This document shows, piece by piece, positions 35,572 to 49,466 of a stretch of DNA of 64,000 nucleotides. Within the stretch, counting starts at the first letter, position 1. Each line of letters begins with the position of its first letter. Position numbers and translations under genes: made by a program. The notes under the pieces are model-generated. The model saw nothing but the letters and a program-made list of their open reading frames with translations. It was not told the origin of the DNA and made no database searches. This DNA is from Chlorokybus atmophyticus (lineage: Eukaryota > Plantae > Mesostigma and Chlorokybus algae): assembly GCA_009103225.1 (NCBI GenBank), contig RHPI01002090.1, forward strand, positions 768,414 through 832,413. The letters run 5' to 3'.

Positions 35572-38500
35572 ATGGCTGTCCACTTTAAGTTCAAAAGCGC
35601 CAAGGACTACGATTCCATCGGCTTGGACGGGCACTTCATCTCCGTCGGCGATCTCAAGCAGGCAATTGTCACCAGCAAAGGTCTTGCAAAAGGAGCTGAC
35701 TTTGATCTGCTTTTAACAAACGCCCAGACAAACGAAGGTAGCCCGGCGTCACTATGTTTCCTGTGCTGGCAGACGTTTGTTCGTCTGTTCCGTCTTGCCT
35801 ACGGCTTTCTTTCACCGTGCCATTCTGCGAGTAGCCCGATCCTACACATGCAACAAAAAGACATACGCTAACGATATTCTGCGATGCGCTGCAGAGTATG
35901 AGGATGAAGCCTTCCTTATACCAAAGAACACCTCGGTGATTGTAAAGCGAGTGCCATCAACACGGCCCAAGGGTTTCAATGCTGCAGTCAGGTAGTGCTT
36001 CCTATCGCAATTGCCGCACATACTCAGGTTATGTTGCTTTCTTGTGAGGGCTTCATTTGCATTGATACGCAATGCAACCTGTGGTCGTTTGGAACAGGGC
36101 GTCCAGTGTGCCTGTGCCTGCGACTGCGCCTACTCCTGCTTCAATCACTGCAAGAGCTCCAGCTGCGCCGCCCTCAACTGCACCCATGGCAAGTTTCAAT
36201 CTTCCAGCAATAGGGTTGCATTGTGCTTGTTGAGTCATCACCAAGTGAGCATACCTTGCAAGTACGCTAACCAGCACTACTTTGTATGCAGCGCACGGAC
36301 ATCGATAGAGACTTGTTCACCGCACAGTCCGCAGTTGCACCAGCACAGCAGGCCGCAGTAGGTGATGAGGCAAGCAAAATTCTCGCCATGGTAACAGAGA
36401 CTGCTGCAGACTGGCAAAGGTAGTGCTTGGCTAGGTCATGCTTGCCATTGCTTGATCAAGACTCTCACTCAGAATTATCTCATGTTTTCGTTGCAATTTC
36501 TAGGCAAACACAGCAGACAGCTGCGCGAACCCAGTTCAGTGGACGAGGTGGTCGTGGTGGCTTCCAAAGAGGAGGATTTCAAGGCACACAGGGGCGGACG
36601 CCGCCGCCTGGGTATGTCTGCCATCGCTGCGGACAGCCAGGTAACGTGCAATCTCGCACTGCGTTCGTCAGAGGTCTCAGTCCATTGATTTGTAAGATGT
36701 GCTAGGTGGTTGTTTGTGTTCTGGGTGCTTCCTTGGATGATCGTGCAGCCTAATGTGCGTGGTACCACTGCAGGCCACTTTATTAGCCAGTGCCCGACAA
36801 ATGGTGATACGAGTTACGATGTTCGTCGCGTAAAGTTCCCTGTTGGCATTCCTCGGAGTATGCTTGTACCAAATGCACAAGGAAGCCTTCTGTTGCCAAG
36901 TGGCGAAGTGGCATCTATACGTCCGAATGAGTAAGTGCTGTGCCTTACCACATTGTGGCATAGTGAGTATGTAAGCTGGGGGCTGTACTGATTGCGGTTC
37001 TCGCAGAGCTGCATTTGCCAAGCAGACTGTTGGCCTCCCTTCTTTCAAAGGGCAGGATGGGCTGTCCCCTGAATTGGCGTGCCCGTTGTGTGAAGGCCTA
37101 TTCCGAGATGCGGTTATGATACCTTGTTGCCAAAATAGCTTCTGCGACAGCTGTACGTCTTGCATGCGCCAATCACTAGTAGCGGCAGTTTGTTGCGTGA
37201 CATGCATAACTCACTCAAGCATTGCAGGTATAAGGGACTACTTGCTGGAGCATGGAGAGTGCCCATCATGTGGCGCCAAGAATGTAAAGAATGACAATCT
37301 CCTCCCCAACCTAACTCTTCGAAAAGCTATTGATGGCTATATGAGGACCATGCAGACACAGATGAAGACGACCCCTGCTTCAAAGCCAGGTGGGTTAACA
37401 TGGACAGTGCATGGTGTCTTCTACGTATCAGTGCTGAGGACATGCGTTGTATATGTGATACAAGTTGTATTGGTTTTGATTTCGAAAGTTGATCGCGCAG
37501 GGCTACCTGCAGCATCTGCACAAACGCTGGCTGTGGCTTCAGCCCCTGGCAGTCCTGATGGACAAGCACAAGCTGTGCGTAGTGCAGGGGCAACCAGTGC
37601 AGCGCGCAGTGCAGCAAGCTTGCTGAGAACAACTGCCAGTGCCACAAGCGAGGTGGAAGGCGCGGATGATTCAGTTTCGGTAGCACCTGTTGACAAGTCG
37701 CAAGTCCGTCCCAATGGACAGCATGCAGTGTCTGGCGATGGACAATTAAGCCCACCGAGTAGCGGTGGTGTTGGTGTTGAGCCTAAGGCATCTGTTGCAA
37801 ATGCACGTGTGCCTGATGACACACAACCTGGCTTAGCGGATGCCCGTAAAGCGTCTTCTAATAAACCTGCACTGTCTACACACACCGGAGGCTCTGTTGG
37901 GCTGCAAGGTTTGTGCAGCGCGTTCATAGGCGATTATCTTCGGCACGTCTGAGTTGTTGCATCCCCACAGAATTGCACATTGTCTACGAATGCGGTTTAT
38001 TGTGCTGATCTGTGAGTGTTCACTGCTAACTCTCTGTACTGCATTACATCCTGAACTCTGGGCTTCTGGAAGCTGAAGCATTTCACTTTCCCGTTGAGCC
38101 CTGGTCGTAGTATTGCTAGTTGCTGGACTCAGTATTGCTCTTGTTTGATAGACGCCATAGCCACCGTCCAGGTCGACTCACCTGCAAAACGGGCTAAGCT
38201 GGCCGAGAAGGTATGTTATTTTGCCTTTGTTTGTCTGCTACTGGCAGGGTTGCTTGCACAAGTTCGCGTGAGCTAGTTGGTTGATTCATATGCGTCGTGT
38301 CTGCAGAAGCTTAGTAGGCAGCTGTGACATTCTACATTTGCTCATGCATGTGTACGGCCTTGGCCCTGGGCATGTGCATTTTACGAGCAGTGCAGTACAA
38401 TGCTTGTTATTGTACAGGTGGACAGAAGGTGCTTCAACTGTGGCAGTGCAAGCCATGTGGCACGAGAGTGCCCCAATCGCCCAATGGCAGGCATGCCACC

Positions 38501-40306
38501 AAGACCGTTCTTTGAACCAGGTACGTGTGATAATCGAGCCAAGTAGCGCAACCTGAAGCAGTGACATGCATGGGTATCCTACTTACTGTGTCTGTCATGC
38601 AGGCATGCACCCTGGCATGATGATGCCTCCAGGTGGCATGGACCCCATGTTTGGAATGATGCATCATGGGTTTCCAGGCATGCCATACGACGGTCCCCCA
38701 CCTTTTCATCCAGGCATGGGCTTCATGCCCCATCCTGGGCCTTTCCCATCCATGGGACCTGGGCCTGGATTTCCAGGCTTCATGATACCCCCTCGCATGC
38801 CAATGGGACCCCATGCCAGGTAGTTGCATTCTCATGGCCAAATATATCATAGTTGTTGAGCACTGCCAACTACTGATGCAATGGTCGGAATGCAGTTGGG
38901 CGGGACGTCCCCCTCTATCCAAGGAGGAGTTTCTTCGTTTGCAGGAGGATGAGCGAAGGAAACGGCGCGCAGCACAGAGCAGATCAGCTGGCGCAGTCCA
39001 GAGTGGTGATGACGAGCACGTGCCTTCTCGCTCAAGACTTGTACGTCCTGAAGAACAGGACGGTGCTGATGTAGAGCGTCAAGGTCCTGAACGCAAGAGA
39101 TGTCACGCGGCGCCAAACAAAGTATCTAGTCGAGCTTACAGCGATGAAGACGCTAATGATCGAGTGCACTCTCGCTCCCGGCAGTCACGGCCTTCCCCAG
39201 CAGAAGAAGATGCAGATGTTGAGCGGTGCCGAGAGGAGGAGCGAAGAAGCAGGCAGGTGCTGCATGGCAGTGAGTATGAACGACAATCAAGTGATGACCA
39301 CGATGCACTGCCTTCCCGATCTCGGCATGTCCATTCCTTGGAGGAAGTAGATGCCATTGAGCACGAGGACGAAGAAAGCAGGCGGATAGCGCATGGCAGA
39401 GAGTATGGACGCCCTGTAAGTGGTCATGAACCACAGCCCTCCCTCTCCCGGCATGCCCTTTCTGTAGATGACGTTGACATCCAATATGAGAAGGAAGAGC
39501 GAAGGAGGCGTGCAGCGCATAGCAAGGCGTCTGGCCCAGTCAGGAGGAGTGATCATGAGCGAGTGCGCTCTCACTCCCGATACTCTCGTATTTCTCCCGC
39601 AGAAGACACAGAGTACGAGCAGCGGCAAGATGAAGAGGGAAGCAGAAGCCGCGGCGCTCGTGCTCCTTCAATAGAAGATGTCGAATATGAGCAGCGGCGA
39701 GATGAAGAGGGAAGCAGAAGGCACGGCGCGCGTGCTACTCCAACAGAAGATGTCGAATACGAGCAGCGGCGAGATCAAGAGAAAAGCAGAAGGCGCGGCG
39801 CGCGTGCTCCCACAGCAGAAGACATCGAATACGAGCAGCGGCGAGATCAAGAGGGAGACAGGCGCGCGGCGCGAAGCAGACCATCTGAGCTACACGGTGA
39901 TGATGAGGCTGAACCCCAGCAGCATCGCTATCGGCACTCTCGCCCTGCTGCACGTGAAGTTGTTGAGGCAGAGCATTGGAGAGAGAAAGAGCATAGCACA
40001 AGTCGCGTAGGTCAGAGCAGTAGAGTGTCTGGGCAAGTCATGGATGATAAGCTGCGGGGATCTGTGTACTCACGTCTTGGTCCACGAGAAAAAGTTGCAG
40101 ACGAGCGGTGGCAAATGCCGGGATCCGCTGTGGAGCATCCTGTGGATGATCACCGTAGAAGGAAGTCAAAACGAGATGTTCTGAAGTCTGTTGATGTTCA
40201 TGAGGGACAAGGTTTGCGAACCAATGATGAAGAAAGGGAACACAGACGTAGCAGCAAGTCAAGACGAGAGCACGCACATTACACACATAGCACACATTCT
40301 TCATGA
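35572..40306 (+). CDS. RBBP6: DWNN-zinc knuckle-RING E3 ligase / polyadenylation factor (RBBP6/Mpe1-like), with a second knuckle and RS/RE-rich tail
   Basis: DWNN: MAVHFKFKSAKDYDSIGLDGHFISVGDLKQAI..NAQTNE|EYEDEAFLIPKNTSVIVKRVP. Knuckle: PPPGYVCHRCGQP|GHFISQCPTNGD. RING: ELACPLCEGLFRDAVMIPCCQNSFCDSC|IRDYLLEHGECPSCG..PNLTLRKAI. Long Arg/Glu/Ser-rich last exon. Confidence 0.93.
39601..39880 (+). repeat. In-frame 72-bp (24-aa) coding tandem repeat, 4 copies
   Basis: Units start at 39601, 39673, 39745 and 39817: agaaga(c/t)..cga(a/g)ta(c/t)gagcagcggc(a/g)agat(g/c)aagag.., encoding ED(T/V/I)EYEQR(Q/R)D(E/Q)E(G/K)SRR.GARA(P/T). Confidence 0.95.
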
Positions 40307-43300
40307 ACCTTGCTGGTTTAGCGTGGTAATCCACCTTGATACAAGAGAATTCTGCTGCACTCCCTTGCTTGGTAGGTTATTATTTGAGCTCTATTGGCTG
40401 TGCTGTTGTGCTCCTTTGCTTGTTAGCATTGTGCAGTGCGCATGCTCACATCTGCACTCGTATTGCTTATGGGTGTCTTTGTTTGCGTTATGATGGATGT
40501 TTATCGCATACTGCAATGCTGGAATGTCTAAGGTGCAAAAATGGATGCAGCATGCTGTGTACATGACTTACGGGGTGTTAACGGTAGTGTAGGTAGCAAG
40601 CTAGATAGTGTAGAAAATAAAAAAAAAATAAAAAAAAAAAACATATGTAGTGCTGTGCATGTGTAGTGGGTGAGCCCGGTGGTCAACATGTCATGATCAT
40701 GGTGGTTGTTGCATTTGTACAAAAGATGCAAGCTACACCACGCGCATGCAAGGCACACCGCATGCAAAACACACATCAACTCACCGCACGCATGCATTTA
40801 CATATACCACCACCTGGCTATATGTTAGCCTAGCTAGCTCACTAAGCACGACACCAACTACCATTACCATGTTGGACATCATGCAGTTCATGCATGGCAA
40901 TTCATAGTCTTTACCTGCACGCATGTGCAGCTAGTTAGTCTTCCACGCAGTTGCCTCAGCCAGCATGAGCAGAACACGGACTCCCCTCGGGCGCCCCCCC
41001 CCCCCCACNCCCCCCACACACACACACACTCTCTCTCCCGCTCTCCTTCACCCACACCCTCACTCCCTCCGCTTCCTGGTGCTGCTTTTGCTTGAAACCC
41101 TCGTCCAGGGCCCCTCTGCTCCACCCCTCTGCCCTGCCCCTTTCCTCTGCCTTGCCCCACTGGCAGCGGTGCTGTCGTGTCGCTCGGCCATGAGCTGGGT
41201 CACTGGCACGCCTTGGCTGCTAGTTAAGTGCTGCTGGTGGGGTTGTCATGTTGTGATCATGTTTTCCGCATTTGCTATGCATAGACAATCACACGTTAAT
41301 TATTCACACAACATACCCATGTGCAGAGCACTTGTATGCTGCATAGCATGCAGCATACTCGCGCACATGTGCATCAAGCAACTTCATCCCAGCTATTGCA
41401 CTTACCACAACTAGATCTCTGGGCTTGGTTAACGGGGCTAGCTGTGTGCAATGCAAGACGCAGCAGCAACAGCAGGCAGACGTGGGCGAAATGCAATGTA
41501 GTAGATTGACAGGTCCTGCACCTGTGTTTTGAGAGAAAAGAGCAGAAGACTTGGTAAGGGATGCAATGTGTACTGTTGCAATAACTATGGCTAACGCCAA
41601 CAATGCATTAATGCTTTATGTGATGGTTTCAATGGTCTTCAGATAGGTAACTTGACTTGGTCTGGGCTGTGCTTATGTACATCAGCACATGTGGTGTGCT
41701 AGTGGCAGATGGGTTTTTGATGCTATGGCTATGCATCAATGTGCCCGTTGTAGTATAACACGTACTGCTTGCGTGCACAAACATTCGTAACAAAAAAGGC
41801 GTCAGGTCTGTGTCATGCACACCAACTTATTTGCCAAAAACGAAGCAACACTGCAACCATTGTGCTAATGCTCGATGAGTTATACATGCTGCAGGGAAAG
41901 GCCTCTCAGGTCGTCCAGTAGGGCCTCTCCTTACCTTGCACCTCCTCAGCCCATTGCTGCATTGCACACACGCATGTCGTACAGTAAGTGTGGGTATGGT
42001 TGAGAGTACTACTCCTCGGCCTATATTGATCCAATGCTGTTATGCATATGCAGAGCTTGTAGTGACAGGCACATTGTACACTTGGGCTAGCAGCGGGAAT
42101 TGACTATACTTCTGGAGAGTAAAGCCGGTTTATTTTTTTATAAAACTCAGATATAAGTCCCCCTCATGGGAGGTAAGAGCCTCTCACTTCGAATGGTGAA
42201 CTTCATATACACCTTTCTTTGCACACATTATGCAAATTAATTGTTGAGATGCTAGTAGCAGATACCATCCTGGGTTTTGTTTCGTCTCATGTGATGTTAA
42301 CACGTTTAAGTAGGGTATACTATACTACATTATGAGCACTACATTTAAGAAACGAAATGGCAAGGTATCGTGGGATGTTCTTGCAATTTGCGTCATAATG
42401 TGCTTTGAAAGGGAATAAGCTTAGCATCGCTTTTCCCGTGCTTTTATTAGCACATATTAGCGTCGTTGTAACAAACAGTATTTGCTATGCAAATGCCATG
42501 CAAAGTAATTGGCAAGTTCTTATCGTTTGGCCATTTTTCGTGAAAAAGAGGGGCTGTAAAGCAAGCAAATTAACAAGCACGCAAATAACAAACAGGGAGC
42601 AAAGTAACAAGCACTGGCTGGTACACAATACATGTTTATATATATAAACCACAAAAATAAGTTTACACATGTGGGTACAATATACTCCGTAGCTTTTTAT
42701 AAGCTAGCTGGTTTGTACACATAATACATACCACGGTTTGATTGAATGCACATTGACTTAGTGTAGCGCAAGCGATATTTGAGATCCAAACTTTCAGTTT
42801 ATTATCTGCATGTGCACATGCTTTTGCATAAGATATGCGTAATGCGATGATGAGCATGACCCCTTTAATAGCACAACCGCAAGCATGTTAGCTTACACCA
42901 CCATCGGGCTATTGCAAACTATTAGTACACACATAACTAACTACACTACATTAAACCTCCCCTTTCGGCATACATGCGTACATGTTGTTAATTACCTATT
43001 ATATAGACTATAGACTTTCGTGTGTCGTGCGTGCACACATGTGCGCGCAGCCTGCGGCTCTTACTTGTTGTGCAAAGGTATGCTAGGGGGAGGGGGGGGC
43101 GTTGTTGCAATATCGACGCACTGCATCACGAAGTACTGTGCAACTACTAATACACTTGTAGCAAGCTGGCTACAATGCATGCATGCTTGGCTGACGGTTT
43201 TGGGTGTAGTGGCCCACTACCCAACCGGGTAGACGTAGGCAGGTGGAATGGACTCAAGTGTATGCGAGTTCGATGATAACATTTTGTCCATATTTTTTCG

Positions 43301-46300
43301 TGTGCTCTATGTAATGTAATGTGTGATGTCCATGCATGTGCATTGCACTACATTATTTGTACACCAATTACTAGCTTTAGCATGTACAATGTGGTTTGTG
43401 GTTACATTCAAATTCAGCCAATTGCAAACTGAGATGCACTTGCGATGAACAATGACACGAGAGTCTTGCAAAAGAACACATATCAATTAACAATTAGGTG
43501 GATCCCCCCCCNNNNNNNNNNNNNNNNNNNNNNNNNNNNNNNNNNNNNNNNNNNNNNNNNNNNNNNNNNNNNNNNNNNNNNNNNNNNNNNNNNNNNNNNN
43601 NNNNNNNNNNNNNNNNNNNNNNNNNNNNNNNNNNNNNNNNNNNNNNNNNNNNNNNNNNNNNNNNNNNNNNNCCGCCCTTTGCCCCTTTTACCCATTCATT
43701 ACATGCGAGACAAAGTCATGTTGGTTGCAGATTGCAAAATGCATTATGACGTCAAGCCGGTTGATTCGCGTAAAACGCAAATTAACATCTGCATCGTGCA
43801 TGATGAGCGAGCAATGCATAGTAGCACAAGCACTTCAAAGTTTGCTTTATTTGAGTGCACAGCGACAGTGAACTGCTGCAGCACTTGCAACAAGCTTTCA
43901 TTATAATAATAATTATGTATGCACAATAAGCAAAGAAATATGGATCGGCAAGGCAAGTTAACACATCCTCTTCGCATCTATTGTACACTTGCTCCTATGT
44001 ATACACAAAGCAGCACAATGGAATTGTGATGAACACAAATACAAGCACGCTTAAAGACTGCCATTCCAAGCAAACCGTACAAACCCGCCATCGCAGGCAC
44101 ATAGGTGCAACTTGCGCGATGTGACATCACGGTTGGTGACGGCTTAAATACAAACACATATGCACAAGCGCCGCACATGGTTAGGAAGGCTTGCCGTAAG
44201 TCGCGAGCACTGGGTGCTTCAACGCAACGCGCCCACGTCGCGAGTCGCGGCGCCGCCAGATAAATGGCTGCATCGCGCGGCCAGGTTGGTTAGCACCGTT
44301 CAATGTGAATGATCGAAAGAAGCATAAACGGTCAACCGCAATGATTCTGGTAGTCGACTGATCAACCGGCTTGCGTTTACTGCTCGGCCGTTATCAATTG
44401 CATATGCCTGGACTGGGCAAGGCCGATTTGTACCGGTCACTTTTTTGCACTGAGGGACAATACCTCCCCATCTATATCTCTCGTGGCTTACTTGTAACAA
44501 ATACAAGTGAACCACGAGACGTTCAATTGTGATAATATGTACTATGATGTTATATATTCATTACATGGTATAGGTTTAGGGTTTGGTCCAACGGCTTATT
44601 AAGCCCTCAATTCGGAGAGCACCCTATTGCAGTATTGAACTCATCTCATTTAATGGGTGTTAGGTTGTAGCATTTGAGTTGAGTTATCATAAGCGAATGC
44701 ACTTGAACTCATTTTGGTTCCGTACCAGACAAATCGCATACTCACAAAGCGCATACATTTCAATAACATATGCCAAGTTGTATAAGCCCATCGGCAAGAG
44801 GATTTTCACAACCAAACAATTGCCAACTCATCTCATTCAAGCATTACTCAATCAATCCATTGCATAACATATGTCATATTTCACTTGTTTTTATACTTGT
44901 CGCCATTTGCAGTGTAATAGATCCTTAACTTTGAGGCCATCCGTACATTTGCGCAACAACATGAGTTGTTTAACACATGATTGGATAACAATGCAATCGC
45001 TACACCAAACACATGAAGAACGCGTGCATCTGCGTGTGCATTGACATGCATGAGGTGCAATGTGCGGGTGTGCAATCATTAGTAAACATAGGCCTAGTGT
45101 CCAGTGCAGTATGTGCGAGTATCTGTGTGAGCCTGTTGGTGTGTGTGCACGCACGTGTATGCAGATGCGCAGGCTAGTGCAATGCAGCGTGTGCACTTGT
45201 GTGTGTCGGTCAATGTAGGCTTCCTGTGTAGTGCAGTGTGCGTCTTTATCTTTTGTCTCTTGGTGTGCGTGCATACATGTGCCAGTCAGTGTATGCGTGC
45301 ACATGTATGCGTGTGTGTGCGTGTGTCAGACAAGCAGTGTGTGCGCGTGCAGTGCTTTGCACGGGTGTCAGTCAATGTGGGCCTGGGGTGCAGTGTGTGC
45401 GGGTAAATGAGTGCTTATTGGCGTGTGCGCGCGCGTGCTCCAGCGTGTGTGTACGTGTGCGTGCGTGCACTGACTTGCCTAGCAGCCGTGCCTCTTTGGC
45501 GATGGTCGGCCGCTACGCCTTCATGGCCGCCTGCTCTGCGGCCTGGAGTCTAATCCATCTGTGTGCAGTCTGTAATATGGCCAGCGCTACTGCCCAACAG
45601 AGCTGCACAGCTCTTTCGCCGCCGCCTCGCAGCCGCCGTCCTCACTGCCGCCAGTGCCGCCGCCACGTGGCCAGAATTTACGGGCACAACGTGACTGGCC
45701 AAGGCGGACCTCACGTGAACACGCCGACGATTCTCCATCGCCGACGGAAGTCCCAGTATGCCGACGGACTGCCCGCGATGGTCGACGGGCCGGCGGCTTG
45801 CGGCCCGCAAGTTGCGGGCCACGGAGCAAGCCTTTCTCACTTTCCTGGTTCCATGCGCACTTACCGCAATTACTTGGTCAGTGCCCCCCTTTCCTGAAAG
45901 CCCCCCACCCAATAATGACGGGGGTATGCTATCAGAGGAGGGCTCTATTAATCGAGGGGGGCTGTATTCGGCCGCAGTATGGTACCATACGACGGCCGCC
46001 GTACGGAGTTTTAGCCGACTTTACGTCTTTTAGCCTGTTTTATTGTGTTTTGGCCTGTTAGAGGGGCCCTAGGCTAGGCGGGTAGGGGGGGTTGTATACG
46101 AAAAGGCGGGGTTGTGCTGCACAACTTGTGCATGTAAACATAACCCCCTCCCCAAAAACCATGGGGGGGACACTATTAGAGGGGGGCTTCAAACCGGGTA
46201 CATACGGTCTCTGCATTGTGCAATTTTTGGCATCTATTACACGACGGTGCTGCATGTGACAACTCGGTTGATATGGGGCAAGCACGGGCGCGATGTAGAA

Positions 46301-47178
46301 TTTGCTGCATGCAAGATATTTTCTCGCGTTTACAGAAGGTATATGCCGTCTTGTATTGTGCGCACGTATTCACATACTGTGGTAGTTATATGCCAGTGTC
46401 AACCGACCATAGTCTTTTGCAAGCTGGAGGTTGAGGTTATTGCTGATTGCTAGTTTATGCGCGACAAAACGGCGCTTCGTCTATATGCAATCTACTTGCC
46501 CGCAAAATGGTAAGGTTGGCGGGTGTTGGCACAAAGCCGCAGTTTACCGTAGCCACAGCAAACTGCAGCTTTTGCGTCTCAGGATGCATCGATTGACACC
46601 AGCAATAAATATAATGAGACTTAACACCAACCCGCCAAAGTGTCACACAGTATTGTTGCACTCGTGATCACATGCACCACATGGCATACTTTGTACATAC
46701 TGCACCTACCAAGATCAGATCAATCTGCAGTATGTGACGGCAAGTACCAAGGAGCATGCAACCGCAGCCGCCAACTGACATACGCGAGTTTAACGCGTTT
46801 CCACTAATCAGAAGCACCAAGACCCAAATGTGCCCTCAATCAACGCTTGTTCATCTGAATGCTTCCTGCGCCAAGAGGGCGACTACATCTGCGGTCCGCC
46901 ACAACTATGTATGTCCCACTATTAACAGTGCCAAAGTGTACAGCCATGAGCCCTTGCCAACGATTTAAGTACATCACGTGCTCTGCGACCCCTCCTGCTG
47001 CGATCGGTTCTGCTGCGAAGCTGACGTACTGGCTGGATTGGCTGATGGTGGCGTAGGCAAGCCATTAAACTGCAGCAGTCGCTGCAAAAACAGCTTGCCT
47101 GCCTCCTTGGCAGAGTCCGCTGGAGACAGTCATGTCAGTAGATATATTGAATCCAACAGCAATGCACGCAGCTGCACA

Positions 47179-49466
47179 TCATCGGCAAAGATCGGTACCT
47201 CCTGATGCTTCGTCAGTATAGCTATCAGGATAACCACCGTATGGATGCTGCTGTGGCCTTGGTTGGGGAGCACCCACAGCTGTCCCAGAGCCAAACTTTG
47301 CAGCGGCTGCTGCTGCAGCAGCAGAGCTGCCTGTCGGCGTGCCAGACAACAGCCAATTCATAACCTGCCGCAACAGCTGTACATCAGCATCCATGCATCC
47401 ACTGTACCAGCAAGCAGAAGCTGCACAATGACACAGCATCACTGTGTGATACCTCTTGCATGTCAATGGTGCCATCAGCTGAGCCAGGAGAGGGCAAAAT
47501 CAATCCGCGCCCAGTGGGCGACTGGAGGTGGGTGAGCAACTCAGGGGGAAAGGGGTGTGTGTTACCATAGTGCATAGCGGCAGCTGTGGCATACTGGAAG
47601 TACGGGTGGGTGGGTGTCTGTACAGCATTCATCTGCAACCGCCACATCCTGTCAATTGGCCTGCACCACACAAGCGGCAAGCGGATCTCAACACCTAGGG
47701 GTTCTTGCATTCGACTATACCTCTTGTAAAATCTGCAGATCTGAAGGGGACAACATGGCGTTCACGCCTTGTGCTCGGAATGCAGCGGACAGTGCTGCTG
47801 CTGAAGACAGAAGCCGTCCATGAGAACTAGCAAACGTCAAATGATGGCACTTGGGGCACACTCAACCACCTAGGGTCATACCGTGGGAAGATGGATGAGA
47901 CATCATTCCATGACTTGGCATGGCAGGCACCACATTGCTGTGAGGAATTTGTATTGACAATCCTGGCCGCACACAAGGCCGCTTTGCTGGAGATGTTTCT
48001 TGACTGCTGTAGCCTCTGTCCAGCACAGAGTATGAGTGGACTGGGTACACACACAGACAGCGTCCTCAAAGCATAACTCGACACCAGCGTAATCACCCAG
48101 AAGTTGATGGCACCGGATACTGCGAGGCTGGAGTGGTGGCTTGACTGCTCCCGCCATGTGCAAGACCCGCTCGGCCTGCATGCTTGTGATCGCCTGTTGT
48201 GGCATCTCCACTGCTTCCATCTTCACTGTTGCCTAAACCCTTCTTACAAAGAGCACTATAGCGATTCTTGACTGCATTGTCCGTTCTGTGGTGAAATAGA
48301 GGTCACGAGCAGCAACTCAAGCACTCATCGCCTGTGCCATACAGCAACCACACGATGCGCACCTCCCTTGAACCATTTTGGCGATCTCTGTCCACCTGTT
48401 ACCATACCGCCGATGCCCCTGCAAAAACAAAGTTTGGTCACTGAACGACAAGTTCTTGGACAATGGTGATCGACCTGCTGAATATGCATCCTGCTGCCTA
48501 TGATATCGACTTGCCAATCTTGACCAACACGCATGGACCGCTAAGCGCTAAAGCATTCTCACCTCCAGCAACAACTCATCCTCTTCAGGACTCCACCCCC
48601 CCTTCTTTATACAAACATTCAAAAAATTCTGCCACCTGCACGCTCAAGCCTTTGTCACAATCTCGGGTGAACTGTGCCCCACAATCACTGCCGTGAACCA
48701 CAATCAACAACCTACCGCCGTCGGCATTGCTTGCTAGCTTTGGTGGATATCTTTGATGCTATAAGCGCCCATCTGACCGGTCACGACAAGGTTAGCGGTA
48801 TGCATTTGCTGCGTCACTGCCTCAAGCAACTCTGTCACAATGTATGCAGCCTTTGACATACCAAGCCAGCAACTCACTTTTTGGTGCCGTGTCTTGCCAC
48901 AAGTTCCCGCAGCTGCTCATCCTCCTGCTCAGAACCAACGCAACAGTAAGCGGCCTGCGCTGCTAGCTCCGACACAAAGCGCTAAGCAGACTCAGGCAAT
49001 TGACTCAACATACTACACTCTAGACATTATTCCCCGACAATGCTGTTGGCGACGCTATTTCTGAGCTAGAACTACGCGGATGCGCAGCTGTCTGGCAGCG
49101 ACAATGTGCAGCTGCAGTACTAGCAACTGAAACCCCACGCAATTGCAAAGAGACTAGCCTGGGGCGCGATGCATGGGAGGCCATGAGTTCTGTGGCGAAA
49201 GAACTATGCTGCTGCATGTAACACGAAGTGCATGCAATGACCAGGATGGTGCAGACAAAGGTGGATTCACAAGAACTGCTGCAGCTGAATCCTAGTAAAT
49301 CAATCACCTCTTTGGTCCAAGCAGTCTGGCGGCCTAAGGTCGCTGCGGGCGGCAGGGAGGGCAATTCGCCCGTGGGCGCAAGATTCGCCAGGGCCAACGT
49401 CGGCGAGGACGCCGAGGCGCCGGCGGGCGCCTCGGCGAACTCTCCTCCCCGCCCCAGTGTGGGTAC
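47179..49466 (-). CDS. R2R3-MYB transcription factor, FOUR LIPS/MYB88-like (start and stop not fully resolved)
   Basis: Spliced exons give QTAWTKE|EDEQLRELVARHGTK|KWALIASKISTKASKQCRR|RWQNFLNVCIKKGGWSPEEDELLLE|GHRRYGNRWTEIAKMVQG|RTDNAVKNRYSALCKK, closely matching the FLP/MYB88 repeat signature. No in-frame ATG lies in exon 49466-49308; a possible micro-exon start is ATG 49662. Confidence 0.85.

Noticed and set aside
44572-44586. Interstitial telomere array (ggtttagggtttgg)
   Set aside because: Fewer than two full TTTAGGG units.
45550-46200. GC-rich island with several overlapping ORFs
   Set aside because: No recognisable domain, splice pattern or terminal repeats; only the palindromic motif is reported.
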